DNA from: Actinomycetota bacterium | GTDB lineage: Bacteria; Actinomycetota; Thermoleophilia; Miltoncostaeales; Miltoncostaeaceae | Assembly: GCA_947475125.1 (NCBI GenBank) | Contig: CANJMX010000001.1 | Coordinates: 1 to 47,109 of the forward strand | Direction: 5' to 3' | Length of the DNA: 47,109 nucleotides | Shown here: piece after piece, positions 1-9,077 of the stretch | Position numbering within the stretch: position 1 is the stretch's first letter | Layout: each line of letters opens with the position of its first letter | Made by a program: the position numbers and the translations under genes | Notes under the pieces: generated by a model | Seen by the model: only the letters and a program-made list of their open reading frames with translations | The model's database searches: none | Told to the model about the DNA's origin: nothing

Positions 1-33
1 CACGTTCACCCCGGATGCCATGGGCAGGGCCGG

Positions 34-1167
34 ATGGGATGCGCTGCGAATGGTCACATCGTGAAGATCGCACTCATCGGCACCCGGGGCATCCCCGCGG
101 CCTACTCAGGCTTTGAAACCGCCGTACAGCACCTCGCCGAGCAGTTCACCGAACGCGGTCACGAGGTGGTGGTGTACTGCCGTCCCCACATGACCGAGAA
201 ACGGGATGCGCACGCGGGCGCACGACTGGTGCACTTGCCGACGGTGAAGAACAAGTACCTCGACACCATCGTGCACACCGCCCTCAGCACCGGGCACATG
301 GTCACCAAGAACCGGCCCGACGTGGCCATCTACTTCATCGCCGGCAATGCCCCAGTGGTGCCATTTGCCCGCATGGCCGGGGTGCCGAGCATCCTGCAGA
401 TTGACGGCATGGATTCGGAACGCGCCAAGTGGCCCAAGGCCGCGCGCAGGATGATCCGCCAGGCCGAGCACATGTCGGCTGCTGCGGCCACCATCGCAGT
501 GACCGACTCAGAGAGCGTGGCCGATCTGTACGAGCAGCGGTTCGGCAGGCGCATCCTCAGCATCCCTTACGGTGCCGACCTGCCCGACCCCGGCACCACC
601 GCCGAGTGCGAGCGCTTGGGAGTGCAGCCCGGCCGCTTCATCCTCTTCGTCGGCCGTCTGGTGCCCGAGAACAACGCGCACCTGCTCATTGAGGCCCATC
701 GCCTGCTGGCCCCCGACTGGCCCCTGGTGATTGTGGGCGATGCCCCATATGCCGACGAGTACATCGCCGAGCTGAAGGCCAATGCATCACCGGCGGTCAT
801 CTTCCCCGGCTACGTGTTTGGTGATGGCTACGCCGAACTGGTGCACCGCTGCGGCCTGATGTGTGCGCCCACCGAGGTGGGCGGCACGCACCCGGTGATA
901 ATTGAGGCGATGGCCGCAGGGGCCCCGCTGATCGTGAGCGACCACGCGCCCAACATCGAGGTGGTGGGAGACACCGCGGCGACATTCGCGCTCGCCGGTG
1001 GAGCCGAGGCGCTTGCGGTAACCATGGGCGAGTTGCTCGACGACCCCGCCAGGCGCGAGGCGCTGGGGGCGAAGGCTGCGGAACGGGCGCGGGAGCGGTT
1101 CAGTTGGAGCCGGTGTGCTGACCGGTACCTCGCGATCGCCAGGACGATCGTGCGCGCCGACTCGTGA
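34..1167 (+). CDS. GT4-family (GT-B fold) glycosyltransferase with DUF1972-type N-terminus; WchF/GacB-like candidate rhamnosyltransferase
   Basis: 377-aa ORF. The N-terminus VKIALIGTRGIPAAYSGFETAVQHLAEQF..GHEVVVYCRP is recognised as a DUF1972-type signature. The C-terminal half has the GT1/GT4 region PTEVGGTHPVIIEAMAAGAPLIVSD. The true start may be GTG at 61. The stop overlaps the next start (GTGA at 1164). Confidence 0.85.
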   Translation: MGCAANGHIVKIALIGTRGIPAAYSGFETAVQHLAEQFTERGHEVVVYCRPHMTEKRDAHAGARLVHLPTVKNKYLDTIVHTALSTGHMVTKNRPDVAIYFIAGNAPVVPFARMAGVPSILQIDGMDSERAKWPKAARRMIRQAEHMSAAAATIAVTDSESVADLYEQRFGRRILSIPYGADLPDPGTTAECERLGVQPGRFILFVGRLVPENNAHLLIEAHRLLAPDWPLVIVGDAPYADEYIAELKANASPAVIFPGYVFGDGYAELVHRCGLMCAPTEVGGTHPVIIEAMAAGAPLIVSDHAPNIEVVGDTAATFALAGGAEALAVTMGELLDDPARREALGAKAAERARERFSWSRCADRYLAIARTIVRADS

Positions 1168-2747
1168 CGGACATCAGCAGCGTGCGCGATCGCTGGCAGG
1201 CGATCACAGCGCGTATCGGCACCCCCGACCGGCGCGTGGCCATCGGGCTGTTCCTGCTGATGCTCAGCATCTTCGGTCTCACGGCTGGCGGGCACACCTA
1301 CTCCGGTGACGAGGAGGGCTACTACCAGCAGGCGCGCGCCCTCTCAGCCGGCACCTATTCGTTCGAGCGACCGGATGATGTCCGCATTGTGTCCGCGTGG
1401 ATGACGGGCCGCGATGGGCTGATCACCGGTGGTGGTGGCATCGGGGCACCTATCTCGGCGGTCCCGCTGACGCTCGTCGGGCAACTCGCCGCATCCGCAT
1501 ATGAGGGCACACGGGCCGACGAGGTACGCCGGCTCTTCGTGGGCTTCACCAACGCCTGGGTCGGCGCGCTGCTGGTGTCGATCTGCTTCCTGATCGCGCG
1601 GGAGATGGGTGCGCCCAGGAGGCGGGCCACGCTGCTTGCGGTCGTCATCGGAATCGGCACCATGGTGTGGTCATACGCCCACATGTTCCTGTTCAGCGAG
1701 CTGCTCACCGCCATGCTGCTGTCGGCGGGCGTGCTCGCGGCCATCCGTGGCGTCACGCGCACCCGATGGGTGCCGTGGTGTGTGGCAGCGGGCATCTTCA
1801 CGGGCGCGGCCGTCTTCGCACGCGCCACGGCACTGCCCTTCCTCGTCCCAGTGGGCCTCTACGTGGTGCTGATGGCCTGGCGTCGCCATGGCCGCGGCCG
1901 GGCCGCCATGGCAGGAGCGGCCTACGGCGGAGCAGCAGTCGGCATGCTCGCGCTTCTGGCCCTCGCCAACTGGTGGCGATACGGGTCATCTACCAACGTG
2001 GGCTACGGCGAGACCCCCCCACCGTTCTCCGCCATCACAGGTCTCCACGGGTTGCTTCTGAGCCCCGGCAAGAGCATCTTCATCTACGCGCCCATCGCGC
2101 TCGTGGCGTTCGTGGCGATTCCCTGGGCGATCCGGCGACGACCGGCTGAGGTCGTGCTGCTGCTCTCCATCGCCCTCATCAACCTCGCCATCTTCGCGCG
2201 CATCGCAATCTGGAGTGGCGACGAGGCCTGGGGACCGCGCTACATGCTCGTGGCGCTCCCCCTGTTCGCGCTTATCCTCGCACCCGTCATGGACCACGAC
2301 TGGTGGCCGGGCGCAACGGCCATCGCCGGGGCACTGGGCGTGATCGTCGCCGTTCTCAGCATCGTGGTCCACCCTCTGCGCGCGTACAACGTCGCGGCGG
2401 CCACCTACGGGGTGGATGCGGTTGATGCGACCGGCACCGCGAAGTACATCGATGCCCTGCACTTCCGGCCGGGCGCCTCACCACCACTGGCGCATCTGCG
2501 CCTCCTGCCGGATGTCGTCGGCAACACCGCAGACGAACTCAGCGATCCGGCGGGGGCCGGCGGTCGCGGCCAGCCCTTCCCCGATCGCGTTGACCGGCGG
2601 TACTCGTGGACACCCGAGCGCGCGAGCGTGGACATCTGGTGGATCGGTTGGGAGCGGCGCGGGATTCCCCCGTGGGCCCTGCTGCTGGCCGTGCCGCTGG
2701 CCGGCGCCGGCGTGGTCGGCGCCGGCCTCACACGGGGACGCGCATGA
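1164..2747 (+). CDS. Polytopic membrane protein, GT-C-fold-like (polyprenyl-phosphate-sugar-dependent) glycosyltransferase, paralogue 1
   Basis: 527-aa ORF with many hydrophobic helices. The acidic motif GGHTYSGDEEGYY lies directly after the first TM helix, the position typical of the GT-C catalytic loop. It shares GGH(T/S)YS.DEEG, FTN.W, LLSPGK and WGPRYM motifs with 10224..11819. It is translationally coupled on both sides. Confidence 0.75.
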   Translation: MTDISSVRDRWQAITARIGTPDRRVAIGLFLLMLSIFGLTAGGHTYSGDEEGYYQQARALSAGTYSFERPDDVRIVSAWMTGRDGLITGGGGIGAPISAVPLTLVGQLAASAYEGTRADEVRRLFVGFTNAWVGALLVSICFLIAREMGAPRRRATLLAVVIGIGTMVWSYAHMFLFSELLTAMLLSAGVLAAIRGVTRTRWVPWCVAAGIFTGAAVFARATALPFLVPVGLYVVLMAWRRHGRGRAAMAGAAYGGAAVGMLALLALANWWRYGSSTNVGYGETPPPFSAITGLHGLLLSPGKSIFIYAPIALVAFVAIPWAIRRRPAEVVLLLSIALINLAIFARIAIWSGDEAWGPRYMLVALPLFALILAPVMDHDWWPGATAIAGALGVIVAVLSIVVHPLRAYNVAAATYGVDAVDATGTAKYIDALHFRPGASPPLAHLRLLPDVVGNTADELSDPAGAGGRGQPFPDRVDRRYSWTPERASVDIWWIGWERRGIPPWALLLAVPLAGAGVVGAGLTRGRA

Positions 2748-3325
2748 GACGCAGGCCGCTGGTCACCGCCCTGTGGGCCACGGCCATGATCGCGCTGCTG
2801 TGCGGCGCGATCATGGCCGTCGTCGCATCCTTCGGCTCGGATGCCCCGGCCACGCTGCAGCTTCCACCGGGCCCGACGGCCGTGGGTCTCTATGCGAACC
2901 CCGTTGTCGATGTCCCGCCGCGTGGCATGGCGCGTGGCGTCCTGGTGGTGCGCGATCCCGGCACGGCCCTCGCCGTGAAGGTGCGACTGGCGGGCACACC
3001 GGCAGCGGAGCTCGCCATTCGCCTCGCCGGGCACACAGTGCCGTTTCTCCCGTCGCCGGTCGGCGATGGCGCCGAGGCCGTCGCACAGATCGGGCCGATG
3101 CCCGCAGGCAGCATCCCCTTCGCCGTCACGGCGCAACCCGTGGGCCCCAGGCCCAACCCGCAGGCCATGGTCCAGTTGGAGCAGGTACGCCTTGCATGGG
3201 CCGGCGAGGGCCAGCTCTGGCTCGTCGTGACGACCTGGCTGATGATCCTCACCCTCACCACGACGATGATCCTCCTGATCGCCGTCGTCTGGCAGGACGG
3301 GCGGGGAGCACTCGCCGACAGCTGA
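2744..3325 (+). CDS. Bitopic membrane protein of unknown function (N-terminal TM, Pro/Gly/Ala-rich ectodomain, C-terminal TM), partner of the upstream GT-C-like protein
   Basis: ATG at 2744 overlaps the upstream stop (ATGA) and is in frame with track ORF 2606..3325. N-terminus: MRRRPLVTALWATAMIALLCGAIMAVVA. C-terminal helix: LWLVVTTWLMILTLTTTMILLIAVVW. The same position and architecture recur at 11816..12423. Confidence 0.6.
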   Translation: MRRRPLVTALWATAMIALLCGAIMAVVASFGSDAPATLQLPPGPTAVGLYANPVVDVPPRGMARGVLVVRDPGTALAVKVRLAGTPAAELAIRLAGHTVPFLPSPVGDGAEAVAQIGPMPAGSIPFAVTAQPVGPRPNPQAMVQLEQVRLAWAGEGQLWLVVTTWLMILTLTTTMILLIAVVWQDGRGALADS

Positions 3326-3331
3326 CGTCCG

Positions 3332-4651
3332 TCAGGCGGGCTGCCACACCCCGGCGCGGCGCACACGGCCGCGAACCGGATCGAGGCCGGAACGCGCACA
3401 GGTGACGAGCAGCCCAACCGGGATGAGGGTCTCTGCGATCAGTGCAGACAGGGAGGTGCCGGTGGCCTGGAAGAGTGGTACAAGGGCCAACGTCAGCACC
3501 ACGTTGAACAGGGCAGTGCTGACGATCACCGACGCGTAGCGCCCGTCGAGCCGGAGCGCCAGCAGCAACTGCGGCCCCAGGACGGTTGCGAACGCGATGG
3601 CCAGCGGAATCGGGCTCATGATCTGCAGCAGGCGCACCGACTCGCCGAAGCCCGGACCGAAGAAAAGCGGACCGAGGACGGGTCCACCGAGGAAGAGCAC
3701 CAGGGACAGCAGGGCCCCGAGACCGACGAAGATCGGCGCCAGTCGGCGTGCGTGACGCACCACGGCGCCCCGCCCCTGCTCCGCTGCCTGCGCGGAACGC
3801 GGGAAGAGCACCTGGGAGACTGGCCCCAGTAGCCCGACCGCCGCGATCACCAGCGCCTCCGCCGCCGCGAAGTAGCCCACCTGCACGGTGTCGGTGATCA
3901 ACCCGAGCAGGATGACGTTGCTCACGGTATAAAGGCTCGCCGCCGCGAGCGAGACGAACACAGCCGCGCCTGAGCGCACAGCCGCCCACCACTCCCCGAC
4001 TGGGGTCGGCACCAACCGCACTCCGAGCAGCCGGTAAGCCACGGCGATGGCCACGATGGCGCTCACGGCCCACGGCAGAGACCAAAGCCAGATGGCAGTC
4101 GCCACATCAGCACCGGACGACACGAGGACGAAGATGAGGACGGTGGAGACAACGCGTGAGGCCAACTGGATGCCGGCCACCACGGGCAGCCGCTCGCATG
4201 CCTGGAAGAGCCAGACGGGCAGGAACGCCGACCCGGCAACGCCGACAAAGGCCACCCAGTAGAGCCCCGGGCGATCCGAAAACGGCGGCACGGCCAAGGT
4301 AAGCACCGCGAGGCCCGCAGCACAGCCAGCGAGCAGGAGCGCGCGGCCGCCGAAGACTGCGCTAGTGGTTGTGTCGAGGGGCTCCCCCGCATCGATCTCC
4401 TGCGCCAGATCACGGGTGGCCGTGTACGCGAAGCCCCAGTCCGTCACGAGCAGGCCGTACCGCGCCACCGCGACTACGAACGCATAGAGGCCAAAGGCGG
4501 CGACGCCGAAGACGCGCAGCAGATATGGGAAATAGATGACCGGGAGGATGTACCCGGCGACATGAATGGCATACAGCGATGCGGCACTACGGCCGAGCGG
4601 AGTCGACAGCCGCCGGCTGATGCCATCCGGTAGCCACTGGGGAAGCCGCAT
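3332..4651 (-). CDS. Wzx/MOP-superfamily polysaccharide (lipid-linked oligosaccharide) flippase
   Basis: 439-aa polytopic ORF. The N-terminus ..LYAIHVAGYILPVIYFPYLLRVFGVAAFGLYAFVVAVARYGLLVTDWGF is typical of RfbX/Wzx-type proteins. It is the last gene of a coupled minus-strand operon (TGATG overlap at 4651). Confidence 0.8.
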   Translation of the reverse strand: MRLPQWLPDGISRRLSTPLGRSAASLYAIHVAGYILPVIYFPYLLRVFGVAAFGLYAFVVAVARYGLLVTDWGFAYTATRDLAQEIDAGEPLDTTTSAVFGGRALLLAGCAAGLAVLTLAVPPFSDRPGLYWVAFVGVAGSAFLPVWLFQACERLPVVAGIQLASRVVSTVLIFVLVSSGADVATAIWLWSLPWAVSAIVAIAVAYRLLGVRLVPTPVGEWWAAVRSGAAVFVSLAAASLYTVSNVILLGLITDTVQVGYFAAAEALVIAAVGLLGPVSQVLFPRSAQAAEQGRGAVVRHARRLAPIFVGLGALLSLVLFLGGPVLGPLFFGPGFGESVRLLQIMSPIPLAIAFATVLGPQLLLALRLDGRYASVIVSTALFNVVLTLALVPLFQATGTSLSALIAETLIPVGLLVTCARSGLDPVRGRVRRAGVWQPA

Positions 4652-5958
4652 CAGTCGCCCTGGGTGGGTGAGCCCCGGTGCAGGGCATTCGCACCCGCGC
4701 GCAGCACCCGATAGGCACGCGACCGCGTGCGGACGCCAACCGGAACGTGCGATCTGTGCCGCTGCCCGACAACATTCGAACCCTCAATGAACTCCACGAT
4801 CGGTCGGGCCACCCGCGACCATGCATGCTCGGCAGCGGCATCCGCCAGGTGCGCGGCGTAGTCAGCGCGACCGCGCGCCAGCACACGGTCCAGGGCGGCG
4901 GCCATCGCGGGGGCATCATCCGCCGGCACCGCCGCCCCCAGATCGTGGCGGTCCACGTAGTCGGCAAGCGCATCGCCGTGCGAGCACACGACGGGCAACC
5001 CCGACCAGAAACAGTCGAGCACGCGCGTGCGAAATGCGAAGCGGGTCTCGAGATGGTCGTGATGAGCAGACACCGAGCATTCGGCCCCCATGAGGAATGC
5101 GCTGCGCTCCTCGTACGGGACCCACTCAGTGTTGAAGTGAACGCCATTCCCGAGGAGACCCAACGACGTCGCCAACTCATGGGCCGATGCGGAGGCGCGG
5201 GCGGCGGCGGCGTGCGACGACGCCCCCATAAAGACCAGGTGCACGTCGGGATGACGCTCGCGGATCATCGCCACCGCGCGGATCGGCGTGAGCGGGTCGA
5301 GCCAGTTCCAGAGGCCGCCGTTCCACAGCACGATGCGGGCATTGGCCGGAACCGATGGAATCACCTCATGGATGGACGGGCCCTGTGCCACACATGGCTC
5401 GTCGGGCACGCCGAATGGCACCACCGCGATGCGGTGGTGCAGCGTGGGGTCGCGGGCGTACTCGGCCGCGTTAATCAGACGCTCCCCGAGCATCGTGCCG
5501 AGCCAAAGGTCGCGCTGCGCCTCGGTGGCGCAGACGAACATGTCGCCAGCGTGCAGTGCGGACGTCAGGCGGTCCAGTGTGAGCGATGTCCAGAGTCCCG
5601 TCAGCCGGCCGGGGGTATGCACGAAGTGCTCGAGGTTCTCGAAGATCTCGGGGTCGTAAAGGTCGAACACGATGCGCGCACGCGAGCGACGGAGCCAGGC
5701 GGCCAACGCAGGCCACTGCGGCTGGGCCACGATGACATCGGCCGAGGCCACGAGGGGCTTGAGCGCCGCGGGTGCGCGATGTACATAGGACACCACGCGA
5801 ATTCCGTCGATCTTGCCGGCCAGCGAATCAGGCGCAGCGATCGTGACATCCCCCTGCGCGCGCAGCACGCGTGCGAGTTCAAGAGCGCGTATCCCCACTC
5901 CGCCCATTGAGGCACCGACAGGCGAAGTCGAGATGATGAGAATCTGCTGGCTGCTCAT
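4651..5958 (-). CDS. GT-B fold glycosyltransferase (GT4/GT1-like)
   Basis: 435-aa ORF. The N-terminus ILIISTSPVGASMGGVGIRALELARVL is Rossmann-like, and the C-terminal half has a GT-B-like ..LETRFAFRTRVLDCFWSGLPVVCSHGD region. ATGA overlaps occur at both ends. Confidence 0.75.
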   Translation of the reverse strand: MSSQQILIISTSPVGASMGGVGIRALELARVLRAQGDVTIAAPDSLAGKIDGIRVVSYVHRAPAALKPLVASADVIVAQPQWPALAAWLRRSRARIVFDLYDPEIFENLEHFVHTPGRLTGLWTSLTLDRLTSALHAGDMFVCATEAQRDLWLGTMLGERLINAAEYARDPTLHHRIAVVPFGVPDEPCVAQGPSIHEVIPSVPANARIVLWNGGLWNWLDPLTPIRAVAMIRERHPDVHLVFMGASSHAAAARASASAHELATSLGLLGNGVHFNTEWVPYEERSAFLMGAECSVSAHHDHLETRFAFRTRVLDCFWSGLPVVCSHGDALADYVDRHDLGAAVPADDAPAMAAALDRVLARGRADYAAHLADAAAEHAWSRVARPIVEFIEGSNVVGQRHRSHVPVGVRTRSRAYRVLRAGANALHRGSPTQGD

Positions 5959-7022
5959 ACGCCGGGCTTCCGGGCGATCAACACGAGTTCCTCGGTACGG
6001 GAGGTCGTCACGAGGGCGCGGAGGTCAGCCAGGGCAGCGCGCAGACGCAAGCGGAGGGGCAGTGGTGGCAGCGGGTCCGGATGCGATCCGAGACCGGCCC
6101 GGATGGCTGCGCTGCGTGGGAACGTCCAGGCGCGGGCGTGCGGCACCACGGGCGGCTCGTGCACATCCGTGAACCCCGCGCGCGCGAGCAGGGCGCGAAG
6201 GGCTGAGCGTGTGAACAGGACCAAGTGACGAGGGGCATCGAGTTGCACATAGTCCTCCCCGAACACGCGACGGCCGCTGGCATCGAGGTTCGGCGTGGCC
6301 ACCCAGATGGTGCCCCCCGGTCGCAGCACGCGCCGGCATTCGAGCAGGAGGGCCAGCGGATCGTGCACATGTTCGATGACGTGCCCAAGCGTAACGGCAT
6401 CAACCGAGGCATCAGCGATGCGCGCATCGAGTACGCCCTCGACAACCTCAATGCCGGCGGCCCGTGCAAAGGTGATTGCCTGAGGATCGGTCTCAACGCC
6501 CTGGACCCTCCAGCCTCGTGCGCGCATCGCAACCAGGTACGCGCCGTTGGCACATCCGACATCCAGTATGCAGCCGCCGGGCGGAGGAGCCGGCACGCTG
6601 CGAACCGTGCGCTGCGCGTGCGCACGCCCACCGGGCACCAATCGCACGAGCCATGAGAGCAGCCGCGACGACGGGCGACCGTGGTAGCCCAGATGACGGT
6701 TCAGGTGCCCGTTGACGCCGGCGCGCCGGATGGCAGGGAGCAGACCCGGTGGAGCCGGGTCCGGAGGTGGCTCGTGGGTGAAGTAGACGTCGTAGGCACG
6801 GCCGATCGCATCGGGCACCGGGCGGGGGCTCAGGTACGCCGCGCCGCACGCATCACACCGCGAAAGGTCCCACTGCCCGGCATCCTCAGGGCGCAGCGGG
6901 TCGCAGACACCCCCGTAGAAAGGCCGCGAGTCACCAGCCGCGCATGCGGGGCACGCAACCACGTGCTCTATCTCGTCGCGCGCCCAGACTCCCGGCGGCG
7001 TAGTGGCCGAATCGCCTGTCAT
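5955..7022 (-). CDS. Class I SAM-dependent methyltransferase with N-terminal Cys4 zinc-ribbon
   Basis: 355 aa. CPAC..(x)..CDAC lies near the N-terminus, followed by motif I ILDVGCANGAYL and LRPGGTIWV. It is a tandem paralogue of 7019..8074. Confidence 0.85.
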   Translation of the reverse strand: MTGDSATTPPGVWARDEIEHVVACPACAAGDSRPFYGGVCDPLRPEDAGQWDLSRCDACGAAYLSPRPVPDAIGRAYDVYFTHEPPPDPAPPGLLPAIRRAGVNGHLNRHLGYHGRPSSRLLSWLVRLVPGGRAHAQRTVRSVPAPPPGGCILDVGCANGAYLVAMRARGWRVQGVETDPQAITFARAAGIEVVEGVLDARIADASVDAVTLGHVIEHVHDPLALLLECRRVLRPGGTIWVATPNLDASGRRVFGEDYVQLDAPRHLVLFTRSALRALLARAGFTDVHEPPVVPHARAWTFPRSAAIRAGLGSHPDPLPPLPLRLRLRAALADLRALVTTSRTEELVLIARKPGV

Positions 7023-8074
7023 CGCCCCTGCAGCGTACCGGTGGTGGCAATGAGGGCGATCTCCTCGGCCCCAGATGCCCGGAAGAGTGCCGCGAGGTCG
7101 GCCCGACGTGCAGCCGTGCGGTCAGGCCCCGAGAGGGGTGGCGGAGCGTGCTCGTCCATGCCATCGCGAAGCGCCGCGCTCGACGCATGGATCCACCCAC
7201 CGGCCTGCAGGGTCACGGGTGACCGCTGCACGCTGGCGAATCCCGCGGCGGAAAGAGCGCGGCGCAGCGACGCGGGCGTGAACAGCACAAGGTGGCGAGG
7301 GGGATCGAGTGGCGCCCAATTGTTGCCATACCGGCGGGCGCCAGCTGCATCGAGATTGGGCGTGGACACCCAGAGGCTCCCACCGGGACGGAGGAGCCGC
7401 CAGCAGGTGGCCAGCAGCGCAACCGGGTTGTGGGCATGCTCGATGACATGGCACATGGTGATCGCGTCGAACCGGCCATCGGGCATGGCGTCGAGGTCCG
7501 CGGCCTCGGTGACCACGTCGAGGCCCGCCCCTGCAGCCAATGACGCCGCGACGGGATCCGGCTCGAACCCCTCCACCGCCCACCCGAGCGAGCGCATCCG
7601 ACGCAGGAACCAACCATTGGAGCACCCCACGTCGAGGAGCCGGGAGCCGGGAGCCGGGGCACGCAGGTCGCGCACGTGCTGGCTCGCCATTCCGCGGCCA
7701 CCTGGGCGCGCGCTCGCGAGCAGGCGCCCGAGGGGCAGCGCGCCAGCGATCTGGTACCCGAAGCGCCCGTTCAGCTCCGCTGCGAGCGCACGGCCCCGGA
7801 TGCCAGGGGGAAGACCGGGGTCGTCACCGCTCCCGGCCTCGTGGGTGTAGTACCGCTTATAGAGGCGTCCGACGGTCTCCACCGTGGGTCGGGGGTCCAC
7901 GTAGCCGGTGGCGCATGCCGTGCACCGCCACGCCGACCAGCTCCCGGGGTGCTCAGGATGCAGGCGGTCCGCCACGCCCTCGTACAGGCGGTCACGGGCA
8001 GTCCCCGCGCACACGGGGCAGGAGCCCACGGACTCAAGATCCGCAGGCGTCCAGCCGTTGCCGTCAACGACCAT
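7019..8074 (-). CDS. Class I SAM-dependent methyltransferase with N-terminal Cys4 zinc-ribbon (paralogue)
   Basis: The start is taken at ATG 8074 (MVVDGNGWTPADLESVGSCPVCAG..), giving 351 aa against 355 aa for the paralogue. The track ORF extends to 8248, but that part overlaps the upstream GT2. Motifs: CPVC...CTAC, LLDVGCSNGWFL, LRPGGSLWV. Confidence 0.8.
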   Translation of the reverse strand: MVVDGNGWTPADLESVGSCPVCAGTARDRLYEGVADRLHPEHPGSWSAWRCTACATGYVDPRPTVETVGRLYKRYYTHEAGSGDDPGLPPGIRGRALAAELNGRFGYQIAGALPLGRLLASARPGGRGMASQHVRDLRAPAPGSRLLDVGCSNGWFLRRMRSLGWAVEGFEPDPVAASLAAGAGLDVVTEAADLDAMPDGRFDAITMCHVIEHAHNPVALLATCWRLLRPGGSLWVSTPNLDAAGARRYGNNWAPLDPPRHLVLFTPASLRRALSAAGFASVQRSPVTLQAGGWIHASSAALRDGMDEHAPPPLSGPDRTAARRADLAALFRASGAEEIALIATTGTLQGR

Positions 8075-9077
8075 CGCCGACCTCCGGTCTGCGCCGTGCG
8101 CGCTCCAGAGCCGTGCGGTACAGCCCGGTTCCGTGGCCGAGCACGCGATCGATGGCGGCGGGGGACACCCGCCGGGTTCGCTGCAGGCGTCGCCGCTCGC
8201 GAAGCACGCGCGGCAACCCGGCAAGGGCATCACGTTTGGCGCGCGCAAGTACGCCGGCCTGACCCCGCGACGCGTAGAAGCCGAAGGTCAGCAACGTGAT
8301 GAGGATGTGATGGACGAGGCCGCGGACGATCAGCGGGAACGGCATGTCACGCGCCCACACCCACACCAGGTTCCGATGCGAGTGGTAGATGGTGAAGTCG
8401 CTCTCGCGTCCGGTCACCGCCGAACCGTGGTGATGGACCACGGCTGCAGGGATCAGCAGGCAGCGACCACCCATCAGACGAATCCGGAATGCCAGATCGA
8501 TGTCCTCGAAGTAGCAGAAGAACGACTCGTCGAGACCCCCGGCGGCATCCCACTCGGCGCGCCGGTAGAGCGCGGCCGCGGCGCACGGCGAGAAGATCTC
8601 CACCGGCCCGGTCGGCGCCTCTGCGCAGGGGCGACCGTGCAGGTGACGCCATGCGAGCCCGCCCACGTGCAGCACATCCCCGGCGCCGTCGAGGAGTTCA
8701 GGGTGTTCCATGTCAACGAGCAACGCGCCGAACACCGCGACGTCCGGGAACTCGGCGATGGCCTCCGACATCCGGAGCAGCCAGTCCGGTTCAGGCACGG
8801 CATCGGGGTTGAGAAGGGCGATCCAGTCGCAGTTCGCAGCAAGTGCTGCACCCTTGTTGTTCGCGGCGGCGAAGCCGACATTGTGCTCGAGGGCAAGCAA
8901 CTCGATGCCAGGAAGGTGGGCCATCGCCTGCTGGGCAGACCCGTCGCTGCTTGCATTGTCGACGATGATCACCCGGGACGGGGGCAACATCTGGCGGGCG
9001 AGACCCTTCACCGTTGCCGACAGTAGGTCGCCTGCGTTGAAATTCACGATGACCACGACGATCGCCGGCGACGTCAC
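8064..9077 (-). CDS. GT2-family glycosyltransferase (rhamnosyltransferase-like subgroup)
   Basis: 337 aa. Motifs: VVIVNFNAGDLL, IIVDNASSDGS, LLNPDAVPEPDW. GTG start at 9077 overlaps the upstream stop (GTGA). Confidence 0.85.
   Translation of the reverse strand: MTSPAIVVVIVNFNAGDLLSATVKGLARQMLPPSRVIIVDNASSDGSAQQAMAHLPGIELLALEHNVGFAAANNKGAALAANCDWIALLNPDAVPEPDWLLRMSEAIAEFPDVAVFGALLVDMEHPELLDGAGDVLHVGGLAWRHLHGRPCAEAPTGPVEIFSPCAAAALYRRAEWDAAGGLDESFFCYFEDIDLAFRIRLMGGRCLLIPAAVVHHHGSAVTGRESDFTIYHSHRNLVWVWARDMPFPLIVRGLVHHILITLLTFGFYASRGQAGVLARAKRDALAGLPRVLRERRRLQRTRRVSPAAIDRVLGHGTGLYRTALERARRRPEVGDGR

Noticed and set aside
4678-5910. 410-aa plus-strand ORF covering almost the whole GT-B gene on the opposite strand
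   Set aside because: The translation is Arg/Gly/His/Pro-rich low-complexity sequence with no motifs. The opposite strand carries a motif-bearing, translationally coupled gene. This is a typical high-G+C shadow ORF.
6681-9026. Long plus-strand ORFs (6681..7850, 389 aa; 7540..8262; 7908..9026, 372 aa) antisense to the methyltransferase and GT2 genes
   Set aside because: The same shadow-ORF signature applies (Arg/Pro/Ala/Ser-rich, no domains). The minus-strand genes have clear SAM-MT and GT2 motifs and overlapping stop/start junctions.
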